Below, one piece after another: positions 26,321 through 41,198 of a stretch of DNA of 64,000 nt (position 1 is its first letter; every line of letters begins with the position of its first letter). This DNA comes from Paramecium tetraurelia (lineage: Eukaryota), in NCBI GenBank assembly GCA_000165425.1, contig CT868574.1:186001-250000 (forward strand), written 5' to 3'. The notes below the pieces were generated by a model, which ran no database searches, was not told the DNA's origin, and saw only the letters and a list, made by a program, of their open reading frames with translations. Position numbers and translations under genes: made by a program.

Positions 26321-26698
26321 ATGTATTAATACAGTTAATCATACCATCAATAAAGAAAAGAAAATAAGCAGAATTAATAATATAATTCCTTATAGCTGGA
26401 AAGGGAATAAGTTAAATCCTTTATTAAATAATAAGAACTGAATCACTAATAGCAATCACAATTTATCAAAGAACAAATAAATAAATAGACAGACTCAATT
26501 AATACTAGAATAGCTTAAAGGAGAAATAGTTTACAAGTTGATTAAGAAGCTAAACAAATTTAAAAAATTGTTGCATATTTCAACTTAAGAATCTAAAAAA
26601 TTAGAGATTAGGTTTAAAATGAGGATTAACTAATATTAATATAGTAATTAGAAGAAGAAAAACTAAACAAGATCATCCAAATACAAAACCAAATTTGA
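26321..26698 (+). CDS. Small Gln/Glu-rich coiled-coil protein (125 aa)
   Basis: Single-exon code-6 ORF MYQYSQSYHQQRKENKQ...EEEKLNKIIQIQNQI, ending in TGA. Confidence 0.6.
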
Positions 26699-27277
26699 TT
26701 TTATCATATTTAATTACTTTATTGTATTTTAGGATGTTTTAATTAATATTAGATTATTATTTATCAATATTCATAATTGAAAATGACAAATTAATCTATG
26801 ATTCCTTTAAAAGAGTTCTCAAAGATTAAGTAAATGTATTCACTTGCATTATATCATTTAATTATTTGTATTTACAGAAATTTAGTAATATTATTATAAC
26901 AATTAGATTGTAAATAATAATGAAACTATTCAAATAAATAATATAAATTTTGTTTAGAAACTAAGTAAGTCGGATTGTATTTTTACAAAACTATTAAAGT
27001 ATAAATTAAAACTCTTTTTTTAGAATTTATATTTTCAATAATGTGTGTGATTGTGAAATAAGTTCTAATTTATGATTCAAATGATTAGGAAATACTTTTG
27101 ATAAATTATATCATATCTATTTTATTGCTTATTAGAGTAGTTATATATTAATATATAATTATAAAAATAATAAGAAAAAAAAGAATTATTTAAAATTGGA
27201 CAAATAGTGAGAAATTGAATTTGTTTTTTATTAATTGTTAACTTAATACAAAAGTTCATATAATATTGATATTAATA

Positions 27278-28681
<1,404 letters not shown>

Positions 28682-29104
28682 CATCAATACAATTATATAT
28701 ATTATATTAATGTATTATATATAAATTTATCATATTACAAATTGCTTATAATTTGATGATATATAATTTTAAATTGATATAAAAATAATCTATAATTTTT
28801 ATTAACTGAAGTCCATAAATGATCGTTAATTATAAAAATTCTATAAGTTTCAAAATTTATATATAATTAAATTGTGTATTTTTAAAGTTTAAATATCATT
28901 ATATATCAAGGTGTCAAAATTTCTTACAAATCTAATATTTACTCCTTCTATAAATTCAACACATTTACTTGTAAATCTTATAATTTCAAAGTACTCCTGC
29001 ATTAATTATCAACCCTTGCTGATTCACTTGATGAAGAAGAAGGAATGAATTATAAATAATATTAAGTTAAAAAAGGACATTATTCCAAGGAAATTATGAT
29101 AATA

Positions 29105-29410
29105 TCAAATGAAATCTTCATTTTTGGTTTTACTAAACTGACTCTTTTTCATTTATTCATCTTTTACTGTGTTCTTTTATTAAAGTGGCTTTGACTTGGG
29201 AGAATAAAGATCTTCGGTCCTGGGAGATATAATTTTGAGTTCCTTGATCTCATTTACAAATTGTAATCCATTATTGCAATCCAATTTAGGCGAATATTGG
29301 AGGTAGGAATTGGATTTCTTATGCTTGGGAGTTGCAGATCCTTGTGAAGAGGGAGAAGTCTATCGAGATCTGAAGCCTAATTGAATAGTTAATTGCTTTC
29401 TATTTAGCAT
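29105..29410 (-). CDS. Hypothetical small Ser/Lys-rich protein (about 101 aa)
   Basis: Code-6 ORF MLNRKQLTIQLGFRSRQTSPSSQGSATPKHKK...EDFI, ending in TGA. Confidence 0.5.
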
Positions 29411-29632
29411 TTCTAATAAGTAATATTTTTATTTTTGGATGTGGTTAGATTAATAATAAACAATTTAAATCCCATAATATTTGTGTAAGTTATTAATAAT
29501 TTATTAAAGAAATGTAACTTCTAATATTGCTTGAGTAAAGTGAAGAAGAGAAGGAACAATATTCTTTTGGATCTTATGGATCTTTTAATGGATTTAGTGG
29601 GAATTATTTTTTAATTATTTTTTTAATAAATA

Positions 29633-32600
29633 ATGGCAACCAAATAAAAATCAATTGAAGATTATAGAAATGCTGTGAAGTTATTAAAATTAAAAGTGCT
29701 CAAATTGCAGAAGCACAACGAAGAGCTTGTCGACAAACTAAGAGAGCAAGGAATTCCCCTTGATTAATAGCACGATTAAGTTGATCTGAGCAATCAAGCA
29801 GTTATGGGAATTTTTTCAAGAAGTTGTAGAAGGGTTGGACTAACTCCAGAAATGATGTTTAGAGCATCTGATAGGGAAGGATAAGGATAGATAAGTACTG
29901 AAGATATGAGACTTTTTTTATCGAAAGTTAGATTAGGTTTGAATAATACCTAATTGACTATGTTGGTGAGAATTTTTGATGAGGATTGCTCAGGAGTCAT
30001 CAAGAGAGAAGGTATTATTCAAAAAGTAATATAGAGTATTATGATTGTTTGTAAGCGTATGGAATCAATGAGGAGAAAGTATCTGGTTAAGCTAGAACTT
30101 ATGGTTAGGAGAGTCTCTTAAAGTACGCTCGTTTACTATTGATGAATAGAATGTCAGTTGAGGATTCTCTTAAAAGAATGGGAGATAATATAATTCCATC
30201 GCATTTTGTGTAATTTTGTAAACTATTGTAAGGTCTTTCATTCATGGAATTGATGGATCAAATTTATTAAATGAAAAGGAAATCATAGCTGTTTTCAATC
30301 ACATTGATGTCAATAAGAGTGGAGTTCTTTAGGCTACATTTTATGATTAAGAAGTTCGTAAAGCAATGAGGGTTGCATAATCTGACATAGGTTTGGGCGT
30401 CCAAATAAATCCAAATCCAAACGCTGGAGGAGGAGGAGGCAATCCAATTCCTAAGGCTTAGCCTGTGGGCATCCTGAAACCAACTCAAGCTTCTTAATAA
30501 TTGGATCCCTTTAGAATGACTCAAACGTAGATGGGATAATCAAAATCAGGTCTGAATATGTCATCTTCACATGCATTTTTGAATGAGACAATCATTATGT
30601 TGACTGATGAGGACAGGAAGAATATTCAAACAATTATAACCAAATTAAAAGCATAAGGAGTTGATGCTATTGAGTTTATAAGAAATGTTATATAATAATT
30701 GGAAGTACCAGGGGCAGGAATTTTGTTGTATGACTTTTATAAGAGATTTGATAAGAAGATTCCAAAAAGCGATTAATTGTCATTTTTTAATGCAATTGAT
30801 TTGAATAAAAATGGGTCCATCGATTATGATGAACTGATGGTGTTTTTCTAAGAATTCAAGTCTCCAAAAGACAATTATGATTTGTTGTTTGAAATTTTAA
30901 CTAGAAAATTATAAGCGTTAGAAATAGGAATAGTTTAACATTTAGCTTCTGAATAAATTTATGAAGATACCCAATTGAATTAGGAATTATTTTATTAATT
31001 GGCCTAGATTTTATTCTCATGTCCCTCAAAGAAGCATTCTGATGCCCTATTTTCTTATTTTGATATAGATGGATCTGGAGTTCTATCAGCTCAAGAAATC
31101 ATTGATTAAGTCCAAAAGATTCTATTAATTTATGTTCCTTAGAAAACTATGAATTTAGATAATACACTTAATAAATCAATGAGAGCTTCTCTGAAATCAG
31201 TAGGGGAATATGCAACAACACTATCGAAATTGAAACCTGTGTTAATAGAAGAGGATTATTTTAGTAAGTACAGAATGGAAGGAAGTGGAAGAACTTTACA
31301 TAAGGAAGAAACTAAATGGACAACTATTTTCAATTCAGATTTAGCATGTTTAAGGTATGTTTACGAGGAAATTTCGAAATTGGAATAGAGTCCAGGTACA
31401 AAATGGGAAGACCCAGACTTTGGACCTACCAAAGAAGATCCTTATGGTAGTAAGAGTATGTACTTTGCTGATAACGATGTACCAGAGGGAGCTCCATAGC
31501 CTAAGGAATGTAAATGGTTGAGACCTGAGGAGTTCTTGGCAGCATTAGTAGAGAATGGAGATGAACAATATAAAAATTGTACTGTTGATGTGTTTGATGA
31601 AGATGGAGCTGCTTCAAATGATGTGTGTCAATCTAAGTATTTAGGTAATTGTTGGTTTGTCTCTGCATTATCCATTATATCAGGGTATGAGTAATATTTG
31701 CAAGGGGATTTTGTGATAACCTAAGAATCCATATAAGAATTGACAGATGAGGAAGTCAACGGAATGCTTATTGGAGTTTATCCACCTTGTTTCAAATTCT
31801 TAAGAAAATATGGTCTATATGTGATGAGATTCTTCAAGAACTTTGGGTGGAAATATGTTGTTATAGATGACAAATTATGTGTAAAGGATAATGAATACGT
31901 ATTTGGTAAATGTAGAAAGCCGACTGAATGTTGGGTCAATTTGATTGAGAAGGCTTATGCAAAGCTTCATCAAAACTACTTTTCTTTAACAGCTGGAGAT
32001 ATTGCTTAGGGACTAGCTGACATGACTGGTAAGGTACCTGATAAAATTAAATTGAATGAAGAATGTACAAAGGCTGAAAAGGAAGACCTTTGGAATCTGT
32101 TATTAAAATGTAAGAAGGACGGAACAATGTTGGGATGTAGTGCCGAAGGTGGAACTGAGTTGTATTTAAAAATAAATGATGAGGACACAGGTGTTATGAG
32201 TGGACATGCTTATGGTATATTAGATGTATTTGAAATACCTGATTAGAGTTGCGATAACTATCATAAATCACATAGATTATTAAAAATCAGAAATCCTTGG
32301 GGATATGGAGAGTGGAAATTGAAATGGTCAGAAAATCCCGATTATTCTGCTAAATTGGATAAATGGATAGATTGGATAAATGATTATTATTAAAAGGAAA
32401 TTGAAAAGGCCAAGTTGGAAGGTAAAGAACCTCCTGAACCATACGTTTATGGATAAGATGACGGTACATTCTTTATGTGTTTCAAAAGTTGGAGAACAGT
32501 ATTTTCTAATTTGTTCTAATGCATGTATGAATGTTTCAATAAATTAATAGTGATTTTCCTGATGATTGGAGTGGATTGAGAGCATTCGATTAATTTGGAC

Positions 32601-33178
32601 TGTAGAGTTCTGGAGCCCCTATGAAAACTGAGGCCTCATTAATTCAATATGCTCAAAAGAATCCATAATACATTCTTGAGTTGAAAAGAAAGAAAGGAGA
32701 CAAGACTAGTATGTACATATAAATGTAGTAGATGGATGGTATATATTAAATATGTATTTTAATAGGGCGATTGTTTTTGGGGGAAAGATATCCATTCCCA
32801 AATGTGATGAAACCCATATTACTTTGCGTATTTTCTTTAGGACCCACTGAGAAATGCTTGGCCAAATTTGATGACAAAAAGGTAGTTGCCTCTTCGGGTA
32901 AGTTGAATTTGAGAAGAGAAATTGATACTAATGACATCTCTTTAAGTAATGGTAGATATGCAGTCATACCATGTACAAAGGAGGGAGCCTAACAAATTGA
33001 TTTCACTTTGAGTTTCTATTTTGATTGTGACAAGAGCGAAATCAATATCACAAAATATGGTGATCCACGCTTTAAACTTTATCCGATTACAGAGGAAGAA
33101 GAGGAAGTATCTAAGGTGCCTGATGAATTAAAGAAGTTGTTAAAAAAACAGGCTTAGGAAGTATTAAGTTAATAATGA
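29633..33178 (+). CDS. Calpain-family cysteine protease with multiple N-terminal EF-hands
   Basis: Catalytic triad intact: DVCQSKYLGNCWFVSAL (Cys about 31650), SGHAYGILD (His about 32205), KIRNPWG (Asn about 32292). Also WEDPDFGP, VVIDDKL, NLIEKAYAKLH, DDGTFFM, and a domain III (KNPQY...GRYAVIPCT). EF loops DREGQGQISTED, DEDCSGVIKREE, DLNKNGSIDYDE and DIDGSGVLSAQE. Confidence 0.92.
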
Positions 33179-33223
33179 TTATGATATTAAGATAAAATAT
33201 CTATATTTATTTTTAATAATAAA

Positions 33224-34690
33224 TCAATTCATTTTCTCCAAATGATAACATACTGATTCTATCATATTATCTACAGGATTCTCTCCTGAGACTTTGTAAA
33301 TGATTGAAGCATATTTTGGAGTTCCATCTATCAGTTATTTTAAATCATCCCATCTCTTCAATCTAATTTATAGAATTAATTCATACCTCGTTTGCACAAC
33401 TTCTCTTTTTTCATTTGGAGCTATGATCAATCTGGGTCTCACTTCCTTGCCAGCCTCATCAATTGAATTGTAAATTATTCCAGTCAATGGATCAGTTCTC
33501 CTTTAAACAAGTCTTCTTGTAATGATGTCGTCAGCTACATCAATTATAACCATCAAAGTTGGTTGAATATTCATTTCATTCAAAGATTCTAATTGTTTCT
33601 CAGTTTTAGGATAACCATCTAGAACATAACCTTGCAATTAACAATCGGTCTAATTGATTCTCTCTTTAATTAGAGCATTGACAATTCTATCTTCTACAAG
33701 ATCTCCTTTGTTTACTTTCTCAAATGCCTCTTTTCCTGTTGTTCCTTTCTAATTTACCAAATTTGAAATCAATTCCCTTGTTGATACATATACAAATCCA
33801 TATTTGCCTGACAATTTCTTAGCTAATGTAGATCTCCCAGATCCAGGAGGTCCAATGACAACTATTCTAAGAGCTCTCTTTGGAGCATTATCATAGAGTT
33901 TGTACTTCAATAATTACTAAATAATGTATTTTAATAAAACATACTGCCATATCCTCTAATTCATAGTTTTTTTCTCCATCGACTGAAAAATACTAATTTT
34001 TGTAAATTTCTTTGACTTATTTCAAATTCAATTAGTATTCCAAAGAATGTGATTTAACCAAATCCTCTTTATTGTTTAGTTTATTGAATGGTTCTGTGTC
34101 TAATTTCTTGAGACAGCATTGATAAACCTTTTCTTATGACATTTCCAAAATAAGAAATGCATCAGGTATTATACCCTCTTTTTGAAGTGCTAAACCTTGG
34201 ACTCTGGTTTTGGGGAACCCTTCGAAAATGTAACTTTTCTTTTCATTTTCCAAATGGTTGATTTGGTTAAGTGCTATATTGATCACAATGTCATCACTCA
34301 CATATTAGAATTTGTCCAAAGATTCTTAGATTTATTGACTCTAATTGAGAAATAGTAAGAAATGCATACTAATTCGGACTTTTTGCTTAGCTCCTTTTCA
34401 ATCAGATCTCCAATAGAAACAATATGAAAATTCAAATAATCTGCCAATGTAAGTGATAATTCTCTCAATTTGGATCCAGGAGGACCAACCACAAAGATTT
34501 TTTTGGCTTGATTTCAGGTGTCATATATACTTTCTGGTTCTTATAGTTTATTGATGAGAAATTAGATGGGATCTTCAGGTTTTTTGATGATCAAGGATTT
34601 AAGTAGATCTTCGAAGATGTGATAAACTTTGTTTCTTTCAAGGTACTTCTCAACCGATTGTTGGTATTGCAACTTATTGGCCTGGTCCAT
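33224..34690 (-). CDS. AK8: Dual-domain adenylate kinase with an N-terminal Dpy-30/RIIa-like docking motif (AK8-like)
   Basis: EKYLERNKVYHIFEDLLKSLIIKKPEDPIQFLI; two P-loops, VVGPPGSK and VIGPPGSGRSTLA; EGFPKTRVQ; GYVLDGYPKTEKQ; RRTDPLTGIIY. Confidence 0.88.
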
Positions 34691-34744
34691 AAGTTATCTT
34701 TTTTTATTTAAATTATTGAATATAATTATAATTAAAAATTGAAT

Positions 34745-35083
34745 TCAAGACTTCTTCATTTGTTCTAACAAATCTTTTTGCTACTAAATCATCTCCTTCA
34801 TCAGCCTATTCTGGAGTTTCAGGCGATGTATAATCTCTTTTTTTTGTTTTTGATTTTCGACTTGAATTGGTTGTGTTTGAATGATCCGAGGGACTTACTT
34901 GACCTTTTATTCCTATTGTTTCTGACAAGCCCTATTTATTGTAGCCGAACTGCTTATTTGAGGCATGGAGGAGTTTAACTTGCTCTTCTTTTCAGGTTGA
35001 GGATCCAAGGAGAAAGCCCATTCTCTGATTTCTTCATTCGTCATCAATTCTGAGAGTGGACAATTAATCTATTGTGAATCCAT
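34745..35083 (-). CDS. Hypothetical small coiled-coil protein (112 aa)
   Basis: Code-6 ORF MDSQQINCPLSELMTNEEIREWAFSLDPQPEKK...LLEQMKKS, ending in TGA. Confidence 0.6.
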
Positions 35084-35220
35084 AAATATTATTGAAATGC
35101 CATAAAAGAATAAATGCCATCTGTATAAAAATGAAAATCCTTCTTAAATTGTTCATAAGAGTATATGAAGGTTTAGATATATAAAACAATAAAGGTAACT
35201 AATTGAATGCGTAATAAAAA

Positions 35221-35712
35221 TCAATTCTATGAATCTGAATCGATGCCGCTGATGATGACTTCTTCTTGGGGAGGTCTTTAGCATTCTCTCTTCTCGATTG
35301 CTTGGACATTCCTTAACAGTTTCTGTCTCAATTCCTCGTCTGCTTCATTATAACTATTTTCATCGTCATTTGCGCAATCATCATCGTCCTCATAGGGAGT
35401 GATTTGTTTGGTAGATAACTCTTGTTTGGAAGGGTAGGTTTCTTGGAAATGGAACTTCTCGATGTGATTTTTGAGGGGTAATCTGCTGGTGTATTGCTTG
35501 CCACAATATTGACAATAGACTTTTTCCTTATTGGAACTGTAGCTGTAATCTGAATTGGAGGACCTCTTCTTGAGATTTAGGATGGAATTGGAATTGCGAC
35601 CATAATAATTGTCAGCTTGTTTGATTTGATTGAATAGTCTAGTATACTTATCGGTTAGATGTTTCTATTCGTTGAGATAGTTGCTAATTAAATCAGCAAG
35701 TTTGTTGTTCAT
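35221..35712 (-). CDS. Single C2H2 zinc-finger protein with an acidic tail
   Basis: VYCQYCGKQYTSRLPLKNHIEKFH followed by EDDDDCANDDENSYNEADEE; TGA at 35221-35223. Confidence 0.8.
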
Positions 35713-35819
35713 TAAATTATTGGCAATTTAAAGATCAGGAATATAAGGGGAGAGGTTGGTCAAATAATTTATATGATATTGTCAAATAATTAATATGATT
35801 ATAAAAAGTAATTAATTAA

Positions 35820-37198
35820 TCATCTCAATTTATTTAAGTATTTTAATCGCTCAAACAATGAAGGATGACTGTTATAGTACCATTGATAGATTGGGTCTAC
35901 CATCAAATTCGTGGAATTCTATTTGAACAGCTTGATCAACCCACTCATCAAATACGACCCAAGACCATGACGATTGGCAAACATATCTGCTTGATACTCA
36001 AAGAAACGGGACAAATGGAGTTCGAATATTTGGAACAACGTATTCATGGGTTCAAAGAGAGAGAAGAACAACGCAGACCCGATGAAGATGGACTTCTCAT
36101 TGAACCCAAAACTCAAGAAAACCACATCCGAATCTCTGTAGAAGCCAAAGATATAGAAAGTGATCAGAACTATCATAAAATATTAATACATACTTTTGAT
36201 GCAAAAGAATACTAATTTGATATAGGGATGTCTATATTTCCAATGTCCCAATTCATGTGCTACGACAGCCACGATCTCCTCGTTTGTCAGATTGTTGATG
36301 AGAGTGTCATACAGCACTATTCGCTTGCTGTACATCCCAAAGAAGTAGGCATTCGAATGATCTGATCTTTTGGACCCATCCATGACCAGGATCTTCTCCA
36401 AGGGGAAATTCATTCTGAATGCTAATTGACTGATTGCTTATTTGAGTTGGGTTTCTTTGAGTTCCTCGAATTCATTGAATAGTGGTTAAATGTAATTAGG
36501 ATAGACGAGACTGGACACTATTGCCATGATCAGCACAAAGAATTGCATCTATATGTTGTGTAGGGGAATATACCGCTATGAAGAAGTAGTCTCCTCCGAG
36601 TTCAGCCACATACAAGTAGGAGTAGAGGAGTATTGGTACAAAGACCACCCACAATGCTGATTCAATCACTAGATCGCTGAATTGGAGAGCGAATGATATT
36701 TGACTCAGATCATATCTCTTCTCTATCACGTGAGTGTTATAAAAATTATTAGGAACATCAATTAATTTGAGGCGTAAAAACTCCACAAAGATATATGCCA
36801 ATCCTCTTTGAAACTATAATCAAAATAGAATTACCTCTGAATTCGGGTCCATCTTGAAGAAAGTCACAGTCCTTTCCCAAATAAAAGGCATCACTCCACA
36901 TAATATTACGATGATCTCCATTGCTGTTTTTATTGATTTGGTGTACATTTCAAACGACCTACGCAACATCAAATCAAATTTACAGTTTGTCATAATAAAA
37001 TCGCTAGCTTCTCTTGAATTATTTCTGTGTGATTCCCAGAGTCTATTCAATATGAATAGGCATCTGTTTCACTGACAATTAATCCAATTGCCTCAGATTG
37101 ATAAATTGTTCCAAAAGATACTTGATCACTATGTATGATACCACGATGTAGAGATAAGAGTATGACACCTCTTATTCCTTTATTCTCAATATTGCCAT
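35820..37198 (-). CDS. STE24: CAAX prenyl protease 1 (Ste24/ZMPSTE24, peptidase M48)
   Basis: [18 protein letters not shown]...RIVLYDTL...[12 protein letters not shown] (HExxH), [12 protein letters not shown], and SHPSLFERL near the C-terminus. Multiple TM segments; tiny introns. Confidence 0.95.
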
Positions 37199-37229
37199 TA
37201 AAATTAAAATTGATATATTTTATCAAAAC

Positions 37230-38216
37230 TCAACTTACTTCAGCAAATACATCACCCCACTTACACTTTTGCCCCTCCTCTATATTCCATTTCACATTCT
37301 CTGCCTCAAACATCATAACAACTGTTGACCCCAATCTGAACATTCCCAATTCATCACCTTTTCTAAGCGAAATAGTCGGATCATAATGTTTGTAAACAAA
37401 CAATTCCTGAGCCTTCTAATTTGTCTAAAATTCCTTATCATAATTTAAAGTCATTGATCCCACATTGGTTGCACCCACCAAAACTATACTCATTAATCCA
37501 AAATTGTATGTTCCAAACAAGGCCACTCTCTCATTAGTCTCATATACCTTTGGTGTACTTGAAATGTAGCTGATCTTTACAGGTGCCAGATGTCCCACTA
37601 TATGACTTCTGCTTTTCAATTAAAAATCACTTGGCAAATGATATCTGTGATAGTCTCCAGGGGCCAAATAAAATATTACTGAATACAGCTTTGTATTCTT
37701 TCTTTTCCTTGCATCCTCCAATATTTTAGGAGTCATCTCAAAAGTCTCTTGCCCAGTCAAAAAATACCCCAATTTATAATGCACATTCTTAACTAAGATT
37801 GGACTGTCATCCTTCACTTCGCAAAATGATAGCACCTTAGAATCTGCTGGCACTATTAGTTTATTTACATTTTTATCGAACTCTCTGCTTTTTATCTTGC
37901 GAGTAAAGAATTGTTGAAAGTTTTCATAATTCTCAAGAGGTTCTAACATATCGTCGTAATTCACATCATAAACGTAGCCGAATAATGAAAACAAAGGACT
38001 TCTTAACCATTTTGGAATGTATGTTTCTGCCATCTTACCAGATTAATAGGAGACATATCTAGTGACTGATTATTGATAGGCTTCCACATCGTATTTATTT
38101 CGATTCTCTCTATAATATGAATACACAGCCATGCCGTTTGCCAAGCCGAATATCAATCCCCATTTCATGTAGCCCAAGCCCACAGCCTTTTTCAATGCCG
38201 ATTCCAATATTTACAT
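37230..38216 (-). CDS. PSD1: Phosphatidylserine decarboxylase proenzyme (mitochondrial-type PSD1)
   Basis: FQQFFTRKIK, IVPADSKV, IFYLAPGDYHRYHLP, NERVALFG, VGATNVGSM, and the autocleavage motif GMFRLGSTVVMMFEA. Confidence 0.94.
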
Positions 38217-38363
38217 TTTATTTAGCTGTTACTTATATTATTAAAGTGGAATTTGTCTTGGATACTTATTTGGAATTGAGAATTCTAAAACTGATTAATT
38301 ATATCTATTAAATCATTTCATATCCAAACTCTTGGAATTTGGAAAATCAATAATTTCTAAAAA

Positions 38364-39273
38364 ATGTAAGCCTTAAAGACAGTTGTCATTACAGGAGCAA
38401 ACAAAGGAATTGGATTTGGCATTCTTGAAAATCTCATTCAGAAGCAGTCATACAAAGTCATCATGGCTTGCCGATCCCTTGAATTAGCTCAATAGTCTAG
38501 AACCAAATTGCTCGAAAAATACAATGTATTCAAATACCTTAATGTCCTCTTAGCTATCCCAAGATAGAATTGACACCATTGAGTTGGACATAAGTAGTAG
38601 TGGAAGTATTGATAAGTTCATACAGGAATTTACAACCAGATTCCATTAAGCTGATATCTTAATCAACAATGCAGCTGTGGCTGTCAAGTCAGATGACTTC
38701 AATTTGGAAGTTGTCCAATACACCTTTAAACCAAACTTCTATGGCACTAGTATATATATTTACTATATCTCTAAGTCGAATTGACTGAAAAATTCATCCC
38801 TCTATTGAGTCAAAATGGAAAGATCATCACAGTAGGTTCATCAGCAGGCAAAATAAAAAATTTGAAATCTGAAGATCTAGTGAAAAGATTCTAGAATCCA
38901 GATATCACTCGTGAAGATGTGTTCAAATTGGCTGAGGAATTTTAAGAACATGTCAAGAATAGTATTATGAGTTATGATAACCTTAGATACATATGAACAG
39001 AATGGCTGGCCAAGTTGGGGATATGGAATAAGCAAATTGCTTATCAACACCTATGTTAAAACTTTGGCTTAGAATGCTGAGGTTAAGAATAAGAGTTTAT
39101 AAGTTTACGTGTGTTGTCCTGGATGGGTGAAGACTGATATGGCTGGAGATAAGGCAGAATTGACAATAGATCAAGGAGCATTGACTCCAGTATACTTGGT
39201 GGAATTGCCACATGAAGTAAATCCAGAATATTAAGGGAAGTTCTTTTATCTTAAGAAGGTGGAGGAATTATGA
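38364..39273 (+). CDS. Short-chain dehydrogenase/reductase, carbonyl reductase (CBR1)-like
   Basis: VVITGANKGIGFGI, DILINNAAV, NFYGT, the YxxxK motif YGISKLL, and CCPGWVKTDMAG. Three introns. Confidence 0.92.
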
Positions 39274-39297
39274 TAGTATATAAAATATTAAATTGGG

Positions 39298-39320
39298 TAT
39301 AATTATAATTATAATTATAA
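39298..39320. repeat. Short (TATAAT)n tandem repeat
   Basis: tataattataattataattataa, just downstream of the SDR stop codon. Confidence 0.6.
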
Positions 39321-39616
39321 ATTGTGTTGAAATAAAAATTGTTCAATGCTTTGCACAACTATTTCATGGATTAATCATCAATTATAAATGTTCATTGAAT
39401 AATGTTAATGTATGGAGATTAATTGAAAACAATTGTAGTGCTATTTAATCTGATGACTTTTGGATTGTAAATTAATATCCCCCATAAATATTAAAAATGT
39501 ATAAAGGGGGGAATTAATTGAATATCTTGTTAATTTAGTTATCATGATATTAATATTACGTGTTAAAGTGATTAAATATCTTTTTATCTTGACAATAAAT
39601 TTAATATCTCATCATC

Positions 39617-41125
39617 ATGAATACAAAATAAAAAGGCTTAGCTTAACTATTCTATAGAAGCATCTACAATAACACTCATGGTCTCTTAAAGCAACGAATG
39701 AGAGATCTTGTGCCAGTTAAACAAGCTTTGCTCCGAGATGTGAGAAAGAGATATGGATCCAAAGAAATCTGCAAGGTGACAGTTGACCAAGCCATAGGAG
39801 GCATGAGAAACGTCTTTGCTCTTTTTTACGATGCATCATTGTTGGATGCTAAGACTGTAGAAATTATTGTATTAAGGATTTTAGGGTATCACAATGAGAG
39901 ATTACAACATCCCTGAATTGCAAGAGTATCTCCAGAAAGGGGAGAATGGCCATGAGCCTCTTCCTGAAGCTCTTTTCTGGTTACTCTGCACAGGCGATTT
40001 CCCATGTAATGTGATTTATTTCTATTTTTAGCTGAGCAAGAATTCGCTGATTTGCAATAAGAATGGAAACATAGAGGACAATTGGATTCGTAGACACAAA
40101 ACTTCATTTTGAGTTTACCAAAATAAGCACATCCAATGACTATGTTATCTTAAACCCTATTGTATCTATAGAAAGATTCTCTTTTCCAACAAAATTATGA
40201 TCAAGGGAAGATCTCTAAGCCCCAATATTGGGAGTACTTCTATGAAGATGCAATGGATTTGTTGGCCAAGATCCCAAGAGTGGCTGCACTCATTTACAGA
40301 CATAAATATAAAGTATATGGATTATTACAATGTAGAATGGAGAAATCATCTCAGCTGATAACAACTTGGACTGGGCTGGTAATTATGCTCACATGCTTGG
40401 ATACAATAAATTCGAAGTTAGAGAATGTTTGAGAGGATATTTAAGCATTCATGCTGATCATGAGGGAGGTAATGTGAGTGCCCATACAACGCATTTGGTT
40501 GGTTCAGCTTTGGCAGACCCATACTTGTCATATTCTGCTGGTGTCAATGGTTTGGCTGGTCCCTTACATGGTCTCGCTAATTAAGAAGTCCTCAAATGGC
40601 TATTAGAAATGAGAGTATTTCAATAGATTAATTATTTAATAGGATGAATTGGGCGAAAACATCTCAAACGAGAAAATTCAAGATTATGTGCTTACTACGA
40701 TCAGAGAGGGCAAAGTTATTCCAGGATATGGACATGCTGTTTTAAGATACACCGATCCACGTTTCATCCATCAAAAAGAGTTTGCAGCCAGACATATTAA
40801 AAATGACCCACTAGTTGATTTAGTTAGACAATGCTATCATGTTATCCCACCTGTTTTGAAAACTATTGGAAAGATCTAAAACCCATGGCCGTATTTATAT
40901 ATTTATTATCACAGAAATGTCGATGCACACTCTGGAGTCTTGCTCTATCATTATGGAATGAGAGAGTTCTAATATTACACTGTCGTATTCGCAGTCTCAA
41001 GAGCATTAGGATGCATGGCTAATCTTATTTGGTCCAGAGCATTTGGATTACCAATTGAAAGACCAGGATCCATTACTATGAGATGGATTGAAGAGAAGTA
41101 TGGTGAAAACTAAAACTCTAAATGA
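39617..41125 (+). CDS. CS: Citrate synthase (eukaryotic type, probably mitochondrial)
   Basis: [97 protein letters not shown]. About five introns. Confidence 0.97.
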
Positions 41126-41198
41126 GAATAACCCTTTCATCATTAAATATAATATTAAAACATTTCTCTTTAAATCTTAGTAACACACTTAACAGATA

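Noticed and set aside
28800..29100. Open stretches on both strands downstream of the kinase
   Set aside because: No convincing start codon or motif; long TGA-free runs arise easily by chance under code 6.
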